Below are positions 41,724 through 50,740 of a stretch of DNA of 64,000 bases, one piece after another. The notes beneath the pieces were generated by a model, which was not told the DNA's origin, did no database searches, and saw nothing but the letters and a program-made list of their open reading frames with translations. The DNA is from Candidatus Gottesmanbacteria bacterium. GTDB lineage: Bacteria; Patescibacteriota; Microgenomatia; UBA10105; UBA927. How positions within the stretch are numbered: the stretch's first letter is position 1; every line of letters starts with the position of its first letter. The position numbers and the translations under genes were made by a program. The stretch is taken from positions 135,802 through 199,801 of the forward strand of contig CAIJMI010000005.1 of NCBI GenBank assembly GCA_903821745.1, in the 5' to 3' direction.

Positions 41724-42577
41724 TGACAAAAAGCAATATATCAAATCACGGTACGTATATATTCATTATGATTTCTATACTATTTTGTATTTCCATTGAG
41801 TACTAGTTTTAGCTCTTTCGCATCGTTACAGACGACCATGGTATGCTGACAACAATAGGCACGTTTTTACGTTGTACCCATCACCATTGAAGAAGATAAA
41901 CACCCGCTAAAGGAAGCTATTTTTGAGCCTCTGTAGTGACCTAGAAATTGAATATCCTTGGTGCAATAAGTGTTAGGTCATCAACTTTTGATTTAGCGCG
42001 TCCAAACCGCACATTTCACGCAATATATATAGAGATTTCACAAAATACGGGCAGGGAAGTCAAATACCAAAAATAGCCTCAACGGCCAACCAAGGGAAAT
42101 ACCGTATATGTTTACCTAAACAATGGGTAATTGTTGTTTTGAAATAGAAATAAAAATAAGAAAACATTGATGACAAACAATGGGGATAAAATACCACTTC
42201 TCCCAAGTTCTGAAGCTACCGGACGTCGTAAAAGTATTATTGTGCGTCATTAGCCATTATGCTTCCCACCATGGGTTATCCATCAAAAACGCCAGGTATC
42301 GTTAACCAACTAACATAGACCTTGGGTCTATGGAGATATCCTGTGGTTCTTCCTAAACCTCCGGATACCTCTCAACGAACCCATAAGAACTTTCTTTAAG
42401 AAACCCTAGGTGTAATATCCAGAGAAGAACAAGACCTCTCTCTTTTGTAAGATGCTCACTTCCTAACACGGTCATACGTCTTATTCGTCCTCGAGATAAG
42501 CGTCAACAAACGGTAGAAAAACGTGCACTCCTTAGACACTGACATAAGAACCTCGTTCGGGTTTTTTATAGTTTACA

Positions 42578-43060
42578 GTTAGCGCGTATTAATGCGCTAA
42601 ACTGTTAATTTCGAGGCTAAATGTTTTTATATTTAACAACACGGATAACAAGAGAAATAGAGCGTCAGAATGCGCTGTCTTTAAGCTTTCGAGGCCACTT
42701 TCACCCCCTAGGGAGATACACGCCTAAAACAAAGAATTGAACGTCGGAATATGTTTTATTTAGCGCGTAATAACGCTCCAAATACACATTTTCGAAGCTA
42801 AATACAACAAATATCGCATGTCTTACAAAGAGAGAGTTGGAGCGTTAATACGTGCTAAACGTAGTAATTCAAGGCTACCGTAATACGAATTGAGTACAAT
42901 TATTAGCAGTCAGCAATCAAGAGCTGATAGTATAGGCCTATTTAGAGCGTATTAATGCGCTAAACTGTTAATATCGAGGCTAAAAACAGAATACTCTGAC
43001 GCTATCGAGAGTAGAGGTTTAGAGCGTACTGATGCTCTATATAAGCAATTCTGAAGCTGC
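42578..43060 (+). repeat. Array of six palindrome-plus-tail repeats (A-B x3)
   Basis: Copies start at 42578, 42656, 42759, 42836, 42941, 43018; consensus TTTAGMGCGT-N4-AYGCGCTAAA-N9-TCGARGCT. Confidence 0.9.
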
Positions 43061-43224
43061 ACGCTACGCGAGATTGAAGCTACTTGAAGCTATATAAGAG
43101 CAGCGTGAAAAGTATCTTATAGTATCGTGAAATTAATTATCCACATCAACTATAGGATACATGCCTTTCGAAGCTAACAACTATATCAAACTATATCATG
43201 CCCCTCTTCCCTATCTCCCGCCAT

Positions 43225-44073
43225 TTAGATACCACGCCATCTGGTTGTAAACAATGCTGCAATAAAAACAAAAATGCAAACAAGGAAAAATCCGATCACT
43301 GTTTTTTTATACAACTTATTTGCTAAGTATTCCTGTCCCATCCCGACCGTGCTGTAAAAGACTGAGGACATTAACAAGGCAATCATGGCAGTGGGCACCG
43401 GCCAGAACGATAACACCCAAGCAAGCTCTCCCAACACAACAGATAAGGCAATGCTCATTGCAATAATTCGCCTACTCACCTGCCCCGTTAATTCCATAAG
43501 CCAGAGTGACGGAAAAATATGCAAGAAACTTAATCCGGAAATAATAATGGTCGTTCCAACAGGATATGCACGAAATGATATGACCGTCAGGGTCAGGAGA
43601 TAAAACGTAAAAATCGTCAAAAGAAAACCAACGGATCTGGCAGCCCGAAGTAAGGCAATAGTCCTATTTGCTGCAACATTATAAATATTTTCTGTCAGTA
43701 AAAATGCATAGAGACCGATTGCATATAATGCAGCAATTGGAATACGGGTTAACCACCGTGGGGGTAAAAGAAAATAAAACAAGGCAACTGCTGCGCTATA
43801 TAAAGTTGGTGGAATAAGGAGTGTCATCCACTCTATTCCTCCTAAATCTTCTCGAAGAGCAAATGCCGCACCAAGGTACGTCATAGCTGCAAGAAGGACA
43901 ACCATTGGATAACGAACAACATCAACTGGTGCAAGTTGGGTAAGCATGAGGCCAAGCGTTAAAACAAAGGTAACTAAAACAAACTGCTGCCGCTTCGTAA
44001 GTTGTATGTGGCGTTCCCATCGTTTCCATCGCTTTTCGATCCAAACTAAAAATTTATGGATTGCTGTTTTCAT
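43225..44073 (-). CDS. Multi-pass membrane protein of unknown function
   Basis: ~9 TM helices; LLTENIYNVAANRTIALLRAA. Confidence 0.8.
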   Translation of the reverse strand: MKTAIHKFLVWIEKRWKRWERHIQLTKRQQFVLVTFVLTLGLMLTQLAPVDVVRYPMVVLLAAMTYLGAAFALREDLGGIEWMTLLIPPTLYSAAVALFYFLLPPRWLTRIPIAALYAIGLYAFLLTENIYNVAANRTIALLRAARSVGFLLTIFTFYLLTLTVISFRAYPVGTTIIISGLSFLHIFPSLWLMELTGQVSRRIIAMSIALSVVLGELAWVLSFWPVPTAMIALLMSSVFYSTVGMGQEYLANKLYKKTVIGFFLVCIFVFIAALFTTRWRGI

Positions 44074-44076
44074 ATA

Positions 44077-44796
44077 TTATGCAAGGTTTGAGTACACTTC
44101 CTGTACATCATCAAGATCTTCTAATCGTTCGAGAACTTCACTCACTATATCATGTTTTTCACTGGTCAGTTCAACCGTGGTCATAGGAATCATGACAAGT
44201 CTTGCAGCATCACTTGCGATCCCTTTTTCATCAAACACTTTTTTTATTTTAAAAAGATCTGTTGGCTTTGTATATACTTCAATCATGTCCGCAGTTTCCA
44301 AAACATCCAGTGCTCCTACATCAACCGCGACCCCAAACACCGAATCAAAGCTCGCACTTCCAACAGGAATAGTAATAACCCCTTTCCGTTCAAACAAATA
44401 AGAAACTGCACCAGGTGTTGCCATCGATCCCCCTGCATGGTCAAGAATTTGTTTAATAAAGGAAACTGTTCGATTTCCATTATCTGTTGCACCTTCGATA
44501 AATATAGCAACACCAAAGGGAGCATACCCCTCATAGGTAACGGTCATAATGGCATTTCCACCCTCCCCTTTTGCCTTATCTATAATCCGTTCAATATTTT
44601 CCTTCGGCATGTTCACCGCACGCGCTTTTTCAATTGCCAGACGAAGATGAAAATTATCATCGGGATTCGTAATTCCTCCCCCTTCCTTAACCGCAACGAG
44701 GATAGCTCGGGATGCTTGGGTAAAATGAGCGGCTTTTACAACGTCAGTTGTTGCCTTTTGATGTTTCACTTTTGACCACTTAGAATGTCCGGACAT
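44077..44796 (-). CDS. yebC: YebC/PmpR family protein
   Basis: MSGHSKW, NMPKENIER, YEGY, TDNGNRT, LEDLDDVQEVYSN. Confidence 0.95.
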   Translation of the reverse strand: MSGHSKWSKVKHQKATTDVVKAAHFTQASRAILVAVKEGGGITNPDDNFHLRLAIEKARAVNMPKENIERIIDKAKGEGGNAIMTVTYEGYAPFGVAIFIEGATDNGNRTVSFIKQILDHAGGSMATPGAVSYLFERKGVITIPVGSASFDSVFGVAVDVGALDVLETADMIEVYTKPTDLFKIKKVFDEKGIASDAARLVMIPMTTVELTSEKHDIVSEVLERLEDLDDVQEVYSNLA

Positions 44797-44858
44797 AGCG
44801 TGTTCATATTCTATCTTCTCTATTGACAATTCTCAAGAAAAACGTAAACTGAATCATT

Positions 44859-45563
44859 ATGATTGACGCCTCAATACTCGAAGACGCCATACAAGCCGCG
44901 CTCAAACAGGATTGGAAAGAAGCCATTCGTTTAAATACGAATATCCTCAAAATAGATAAAAAAAACGTTGATGCATATAATCGCCTCGGATTTGCATACC
45001 TCAAAAGCGGACAGATTAAAAAATCCAAAGAAACGTTTGAAAAAGTGATTTCCCTTGATGCCTACAACCAAATCGCATTAAAAAATTTGCATAAACTGGT
45101 CTCCACAAAACGCGATGCGCTCGTTACAACCAATACGTGTGACATCTCACCGCTTCTGTTTTTGGAAGAACCTGGAAAAACAAAAGTTGTTGACTGCATT
45201 AATGCAGCACCAATGAATACCCTGACCTGTTTAACCTGCGGACAGGAAGTATTTTTAAAACCCAAAAAACATACTATTGAAGTTCGAGATCAGCATAATA
45301 AATATCTTGGCGCCCTTCCCGATGATGTAGCGTTTAAACTTCTTAAACTGCTTACTGCTGGCAATACGTACTCGGTATTTGTGCGTGGGGTATCAAAAAA
45401 TTGTATCTCCGTGTTTATCCGGGAACTCACCCGAGGAAAAAAACTGATTAATCAACCGTCATTCATCGGAACCACTAACTACATGCCGTACCAGCATGAA
45501 GCAGCAAATGTTCCAACAAAACCTGCAGTGGATGAGGAAACAGAAGAAGAGAACCAAGAGTAA
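44859..45563 (+). CDS. TPR protein with possible HIRAN-like C-terminal domain
   Basis: DAYNRLGFAY TPR; IEVRD..YLGALP. Confidence 0.7.
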   Translation: MIDASILEDAIQAALKQDWKEAIRLNTNILKIDKKNVDAYNRLGFAYLKSGQIKKSKETFEKVISLDAYNQIALKNLHKLVSTKRDALVTTNTCDISPLLFLEEPGKTKVVDCINAAPMNTLTCLTCGQEVFLKPKKHTIEVRDQHNKYLGALPDDVAFKLLKLLTAGNTYSVFVRGVSKNCISVFIRELTRGKKLINQPSFIGTTNYMPYQHEAANVPTKPAVDEETEEENQE

Positions 45564-45568
45564 ATGCG

Positions 45569-46528
45569 TTATTTTTCAGGCAAAAACCGTCGTTCTATAC
45601 CCTTCCCTAACCGAACAACCAAATCAGCCCGTTCCCGTGTTTGCCGTTCAACAAGTGAACAACCAAACTGAGAACGAAAAAAATTAGCAGTCAGAGATGC
45701 TATCTGTGGTTTCATTCCGGACACTTCGCAAAGCCCTTCATACGGATTATCATCATTACCAACGGAAACCACAAAGCCGCCACTAAGTTCAATTTCGCGG
45801 GCAATCCGTTGCGCTATCCCTGGCGTTCCTGTAGTGTTGTAGAGAGCTATGCGCATGCCCTCCTGACGAAGTGGTGTATCTTCTAAATTATTCCCTACAA
45901 TAGCATCATACTTTTCGCTGTCAAACCGCCATACGGATGTTTGGTCTGGAAGTTCAAATGCTCCTGCAATCTGCCCCTGACGAAAATCAAAAACCGTCGT
46001 CTTGTCAAAACCCATGATTTGAAATTTTTTCCAAACATATGGAACATCTCCAAGAGGAATATTCGTTTTTCCAGTCAACACCATGTGGAGACAATTTGAA
46101 AATGAAAATATTCCTTTTAATTGAAAAACAATCTCGTCTGACGATCCGGTCCAATTACTAAACGTATTTGCACTATGCCATTGGATTGGTGTTGCAAGCG
46201 CATCTTCAAGTGACGACCGAAATAGAATCCCTTTTCGAGCATCCATGCTATCAAGTTTCCATAACGCATCAAGCCCATACCATCCATATCCTTTGATGGC
46301 ATTAATCTGCATGGTTTCTGGAAGGATGAAAACGGCAAAGCGTTGACGTTCAGATTCCCATGAGACAACGATTGTTGGGTTACCAGGAAGCACCAAACCA
46401 AGGCGCCCCCGCGGGGGTTTGGAAGAAAAAAGGAAAAAACAACTACCCAAAAGAAACAGGGCAGTAATACAAAAAATCAAAACGCGAGATCCCCCACGTT
46501 TTTTCCTCCAATCTTGCCGATTCACCAT
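45569..46528 (-). CDS. Membrane-anchored LytR C-terminal domain protein
   Basis: TM anchor; YNTTGTPGIA, VGN, DLVVRLG. Confidence 0.75.
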   Translation of the reverse strand: MVNRQDWRKKRGGSRVLIFCITALFLLGSCFFLFSSKPPRGRLGLVLPGNPTIVVSWESERQRFAVFILPETMQINAIKGYGWYGLDALWKLDSMDARKGILFRSSLEDALATPIQWHSANTFSNWTGSSDEIVFQLKGIFSFSNCLHMVLTGKTNIPLGDVPYVWKKFQIMGFDKTTVFDFRQGQIAGAFELPDQTSVWRFDSEKYDAIVGNNLEDTPLRQEGMRIALYNTTGTPGIAQRIAREIELSGGFVVSVGNDDNPYEGLCEVSGMKPQIASLTANFFRSQFGCSLVERQTRERADLVVRLGKGIERRFLPEK

Positions 46529-46665
46529 TCTTTTTTTCCTTTTTTGATAATTTCAACTTGTGGTAATTGCCATGGACTGTTTCCCATCTGGCGCATTGCT
46601 TTCTTTTCAAGCTCTGATTTTTTTATCTTTTTCTTTTCATGTGTACGAAAATCACTGGAACCCAT
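46522..46665 (-). CDS. 47-aa Lys-rich small protein (not in ORF track)
   Basis: SD AGGAGG; MGSSDFRTHEKKKIKKSELEKKAMRQMGNSPWQLPQVEIIKKGKKEW; stop overlaps next start. Confidence 0.7.
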   Translation of the reverse strand: MGSSDFRTHEKKKIKKSELEKKAMRQMGNSPWQLPQVEIIKKGKKEW

Positions 46666-46707
46666 AGATGTCTCCTCCTATGTTAAAAAATTACTACAAT
46701 ATATCTA

Positions 46708-47886
46708 TTATACGGTCATCCATTGCGATTTCAATTGCTGATACTTCCCCTTCGCAATTGCACCTCGAATGGAAAAAACGAGGTTGTTAATAAAGGCAAT
46801 ATTATGAATCGTTGCCAGACGATATGCCAAAAGTTCCCGTACATGAAATAAATGATACAAATAGCCTTTGGAATAATGCGTGCAGGTATAACACTGACAG
46901 TTAGAATCAATTGGATTTGTGTCCTCTGCGTACTCTTTTTTTGTAATATCGAAAACAAAATTCGCTTTGACATTTTTAATAAAAAGATGTCCCATACGAG
47001 CAAGCCTCGTTGCCTGTACACAATCAAACGTATCTACCCCTGCGTCAACAAGTGTAAAAATATCATCAATCTCTCCAACCCCAAGCAAATGTCGCGGTTT
47101 GTTATCAGGCAGTAAAGGCATCACCCATGAAAGCACACTGGCCATATCTTTTTTACTTTCCCCAACTGCTACTCCTCCTATTGCAAATCCATCAAAGGGA
47201 AGACGAGTAATAAATTTGGTTGATGCAATTCGTAAATCTTCAAACACACTTCCCTGAATAGATCCATACAAGGCCTGATACAAGTCATATTTTTTGGCAA
47301 GTGCAGTATGTGCATCTAAACTTCGTTTTGCCCATGCATGCGTTCTATCCATGGACTTCTCCGCCTGTTTTTTCGTTACAGGATACGGAGTGCAATCGTC
47401 AAATGCAATATGAATATCCGATCCGAGGTCCCACTGATACTGCATGGAATTTTCTGCAGTAAATACATGTTCTTTTCCATCCCAATGAGAATTGAATGTC
47501 ACACCATCATCAGTAATGCGAACTAAACTCGCTTCTCCCTGTCCATCTTCATTCTTGCGGGCAAACCGCTTTGCACCAAGGGAAAATACCTGAAATCCGC
47601 CGCTGTCAGTAATAAGTGGCCGATCCCAATGCATAAATGCATGTAATCCTCCAAATCTCTTAATAACAGCAATCCCTGGACGCATAACCATGTGATAGGT
47701 ATTGACAAAAAAAAGATGCACATCGAGATCCTGCAGGTCTTCCGGAGTAAGAGATTTAACCGTTGCCTGGGTGCCCACAGGCACAAATGCGGGTGTTTGA
47801 ATATCCCCGTGTGGCGTGTGAATAACCCCAGTTCGAGCTTGGCTTTTTTGATCTTTTGCGGTTACTTTAAAGCTAAAATCGTGCAT
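46708..47886 (-). CDS. tgt: tRNA-guanine transglycosylase
   Basis: TPAFVPVGT, TDSGGFQ, PRHLLGVG, DTFDC, CQCYTC..H. Confidence 0.96.
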   Translation of the reverse strand: MHDFSFKVTAKDQKSQARTGVIHTPHGDIQTPAFVPVGTQATVKSLTPEDLQDLDVHLFFVNTYHMVMRPGIAVIKRFGGLHAFMHWDRPLITDSGGFQVFSLGAKRFARKNEDGQGEASLVRITDDGVTFNSHWDGKEHVFTAENSMQYQWDLGSDIHIAFDDCTPYPVTKKQAEKSMDRTHAWAKRSLDAHTALAKKYDLYQALYGSIQGSVFEDLRIASTKFITRLPFDGFAIGGVAVGESKKDMASVLSWVMPLLPDNKPRHLLGVGEIDDIFTLVDAGVDTFDCVQATRLARMGHLFIKNVKANFVFDITKKEYAEDTNPIDSNCQCYTCTHYSKGYLYHLFHVRELLAYRLATIHNIAFINNLVFSIRGAIAKGKYQQLKSQWMTV

Positions 47887-47907
47887 GAGCTGTATTGTAC
47901 CATGCTT

Positions 47908-49641
47908 TTATCCCAACCCGTGCTCAATCTTAAGACGAGAAATCTTCCCTTCAATATCCTCTGCAGTAACACCAAATTGTGTAAGCAATTTGTGGCTTAT
48001 GGAAAGAGCCGCTTCAAATTCTGGCTGCACAATGGTTTGCACGCCAAGCGTCCGTAACCGAAGCTGATCTGCTTCATGGTGTGTCCGACAAATAATTTTG
48101 ATTGATTTATTTAACGTTTGTGCATTGGCAATCACCATTTCCTGCGTATGCCGATCTGGAATTGCAATAACAACGGCCTTTGCAAAATCCACTTGTGCAA
48201 AATCCAGAACATCCATATCTGCAGGATCTCCGTAAATCACCTGAATATTTTTCTCCCGCAGGATTTTGACGGTTGTGTGATCATAATCAACAACGATAAA
48301 CGGAATACCGGCCATGGCAAGAGCGCGTCCGACATATTTACCCACTCTTCCGTATCCGCAAATGACCACATGATCCTTCAGCGGTATTTCTTTTTCAAAC
48401 AATTCTTTTTCACTCTGTTTTTCCGGTAGAAAATTAGGATACAAAAACGGTACTTTTTTTCGAAGGAAGTAAAAGATATTTTGGGCTTTTGCAAACAAAG
48501 GCGAACTGACCATAATTGTCACGAATACCAGAGCCACGATGATTGCATACTGCTGTTCACTCAGTGCCCCCTGAGTTAGTCCAACACGGGCGATGATAAA
48601 CCCAAACTCACTCATTTGGGTCAGTCCTAATGCGACAATGAATGCTGTCTTTTTGTGATATCCTAAAAACCGAGACAACAAATATACAATGATGGCTTTT
48701 ACCATAAAAATAAGGACGGTCATGAGAAGGATGGTTGGCAAAACCGGAAGTAAAATTGCAGCAGGAAGTGCCATTCCAAGTGATACAAAAAAGACAACAG
48801 CAAACAAATCACGGAGCGGCCGAACCTCCGCAAAAATCGCGTGGTTTTGACTCGTCTCTGCAACCAATATTCCTGCAATAAACGCACCCAAGGCTGCAGA
48901 AAGTCCTGCCATGTAGGCAACCGTGCCGGACAAAAACACCAGTCCAATAACCGTCACTAAAAATATTTCCCTGCTTCCAAGGGCCGCAATTTTGTTTAAT
49001 ATCCACGGCACGCCGGTTTTACCAAGGAATATAATCGCTCCAATGGCAATGGCTGCTTTTATAAGATTGACTCCCAATAAACTAACAGTCATCACAATCG
49101 AAGCAGATCCTGACATGTAGATTGATCCAATCGTTGGAATCATCATCATAATAGGAATCACTGCCAAATCCTGGACAATGAGCCACCCCGTCAATACTTC
49201 ACCCGGAATCGTTTCCATCTCTCCCCGTTCGGATAAAAGCCGGACAACTACCGCGGTTGATGAGAGTGATGCAGCAATTGCAATAAACAGGGCTGGAAGA
49301 AAAGAAAATCCGAGTGACAAAAATATTGGTAAAAATACACAAAAAGACAAAAGCATTTGGAGTGTAGCAGCCCAGGAAACCGTTCCTAATATTTTTTTCA
49401 ACCGTTGAAACGAAAACTCAACACCAAGGGTAAAAAGAAGGAGTGTCACACCGCTTTCCGCAATATGGCCAATGAGTGTTGGGTCAATAGCTGACGAGAA
49501 CAGATTTCCGACCAACACACCAACCGCAATATATCCCAGGATAAGTGGCAACCGCAACGATTTTGCAATGAGCCCACCGGCAAGACTCGCAAATAAAATA
49601 AGAAACAGAGTGGTAAATAATGGCAGTGATGATGAAATCAT
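47908..49641 (-). CDS. CPA2 cation:proton antiporter with TrkA_N domain
   Basis: LFTLGVEFS, LSSTAVV, QD, FFVSLG, GYGRVG. Confidence 0.92.
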   Translation of the reverse strand: MISSSLPLFTTLFLILFASLAGGLIAKSLRLPLILGYIAVGVLVGNLFSSAIDPTLIGHIAESGVTLLLFTLGVEFSFQRLKKILGTVSWAATLQMLLSFCVFLPIFLSLGFSFLPALFIAIAASLSSTAVVVRLLSERGEMETIPGEVLTGWLIVQDLAVIPIMMMIPTIGSIYMSGSASIVMTVSLLGVNLIKAAIAIGAIIFLGKTGVPWILNKIAALGSREIFLVTVIGLVFLSGTVAYMAGLSAALGAFIAGILVAETSQNHAIFAEVRPLRDLFAVVFFVSLGMALPAAILLPVLPTILLMTVLIFMVKAIIVYLLSRFLGYHKKTAFIVALGLTQMSEFGFIIARVGLTQGALSEQQYAIIVALVFVTIMVSSPLFAKAQNIFYFLRKKVPFLYPNFLPEKQSEKELFEKEIPLKDHVVICGYGRVGKYVGRALAMAGIPFIVVDYDHTTVKILREKNIQVIYGDPADMDVLDFAQVDFAKAVVIAIPDRHTQEMVIANAQTLNKSIKIICRTHHEADQLRLRTLGVQTIVQPEFEAALSISHKLLTQFGVTAEDIEGKISRLKIEHGLG

Positions 49642-49649
49642 GAAAATAA

Positions 49650-50372
49650 TTACCCGACAAACGGAATAATACTATTCATATCATCTGGTATTGGAGCATC
49701 TATTGCAAGTTCTTTTCCTGTTTGTGGATGTTGAAGTACCATCTTCCATGCATGAAGCATGACGCGTGGTGCCCATTCCCGATCATCCCGGCTGGTTTTT
49801 CTCCCTGCATACAAATAATCACCAAGCAGTGGATGATTAATATATTTCATATGAACCCGAATCTGATGCGTTCTTCCCGTTTCTGGATATAGCGAAACGA
49901 GTGTTAATTTTTCACCTTCTTTTTCAATGGTTTTAACCACTGCATATTTCGTGACAGAGTCTTTGCCTCCTGGCCCAATACCGAACCGTTCCTTGTTCCA
50001 AGGAAGTCGACCAACAGGCGCCCGTACTTCTCCTTCTTTTGGCACGAGTTCCCCATGGACAATTGCAAGATAGGTTTTTTTAATGATATGTTCTTTAAAC
50101 TGCCGTTGAAGTTCAATAAAACTAATAATGGTTTTTGCGATAAGAAGAATCCCGGATGTTTCCTTATCAATCCGGTGCACTACCCCTGACCGATCAACAA
50201 ATGCAGATTGTTCTGGTGTTTCCCCCTGCTGGTGAACAAATATTGGATACTGTTGTTCCATCCAGTCCTGAATGGTTTCCCCTTTTACAGATTCTGCACG
50301 GTTAACCACAACACCAACGGGTTTATTTATCGCAAGAAACGATTCGTCTTCAAAAAGAATGGAAATATCCAT
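49650..50372 (-). CDS. RluA-family pseudouridine synthase
   Basis: NKPVG, HRIDKETSG, TGRTHQIRVH, GDYLY. Confidence 0.95.
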   Translation of the reverse strand: MDISILFEDESFLAINKPVGVVVNRAESVKGETIQDWMEQQYPIFVHQQGETPEQSAFVDRSGVVHRIDKETSGILLIAKTIISFIELQRQFKEHIIKKTYLAIVHGELVPKEGEVRAPVGRLPWNKERFGIGPGGKDSVTKYAVVKTIEKEGEKLTLVSLYPETGRTHQIRVHMKYINHPLLGDYLYAGRKTSRDDREWAPRVMLHAWKMVLQHPQTGKELAIDAPIPDDMNSIIPFVG

Positions 50373-50377
50373 ACAAT

Positions 50378-50740
50378 TTACTTCTTCTTTTTTGCTTCGC
50401 AGGAAAGACAAAGCGTTGCCATGGGAAGGACACTCAACCGTTCCGTATCAATCATCTGTCCGCAATCACTGCAAAAACCATACGTTCCTGCATCAATACG
50501 GGCAAGTGCGTCATTTGTGGTTTCTAATTTTTCTTTCAATTCATCAACCATTGCTGAAACACGATCATGATTGGATTCTTCACTTGCGTCAGTATCTGAT
50601 GCGGCGTTGTCGTTCGCTCGATCCATATCAGTAAACGGATCCTGTTTTTGCAATTCCGCAATACGCGTCATGAGCGTTTGTTTTTCTGCTACAATATGTG
50701 TTTTAATTTCCTTGAGTATTTCGTTTGGAAAACTTTGCAT
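50378..50740 (-). CDS. TraR/DksA C4 zinc-finger protein
   Basis: Coiled coil, ALARIDAGTYGFCSDC, ERL, CLSC. Confidence 0.92.
   Translation of the reverse strand: MQSFPNEILKEIKTHIVAEKQTLMTRIAELQKQDPFTDMDRANDNAASDTDASEESNHDRVSAMVDELKEKLETTNDALARIDAGTYGFCSDCGQMIDTERLSVLPMATLCLSCEAKKKK

Noticed and set aside
42170-42318. Short ORFs (27 and 19 aa) in the non-coding region
   Set aside because: No SD or convincing promoter geometry, no recognisable features; expected by chance
42578-43060. CRISPR array interpretation of the repeats
   Set aside because: Repeats are too degenerate, gaps alternate between about 35 and 61 bp, and no cas genes are in the window
40702-43060. Integron (IntI plus attC cassettes)
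   Set aside because: Recombinase lacks an obvious IntI-specific insertion, repeats lack RYYYAAC...GTTRRRY ends, and there are no cassette ORFs
42578-43060. TIGR-type guide RNA array
   Set aside because: Unit spacing of 77-105 bp is not the ~36-nt period, no clear box C/D motifs, and no Nop-domain gene nearby
46708-47886. Queuine-salvaging (eukaryote-like) TGT
   Set aside because: DDCTP Cys and GGVAVGE Val look like the ordinary bacterial preQ1-type pocket
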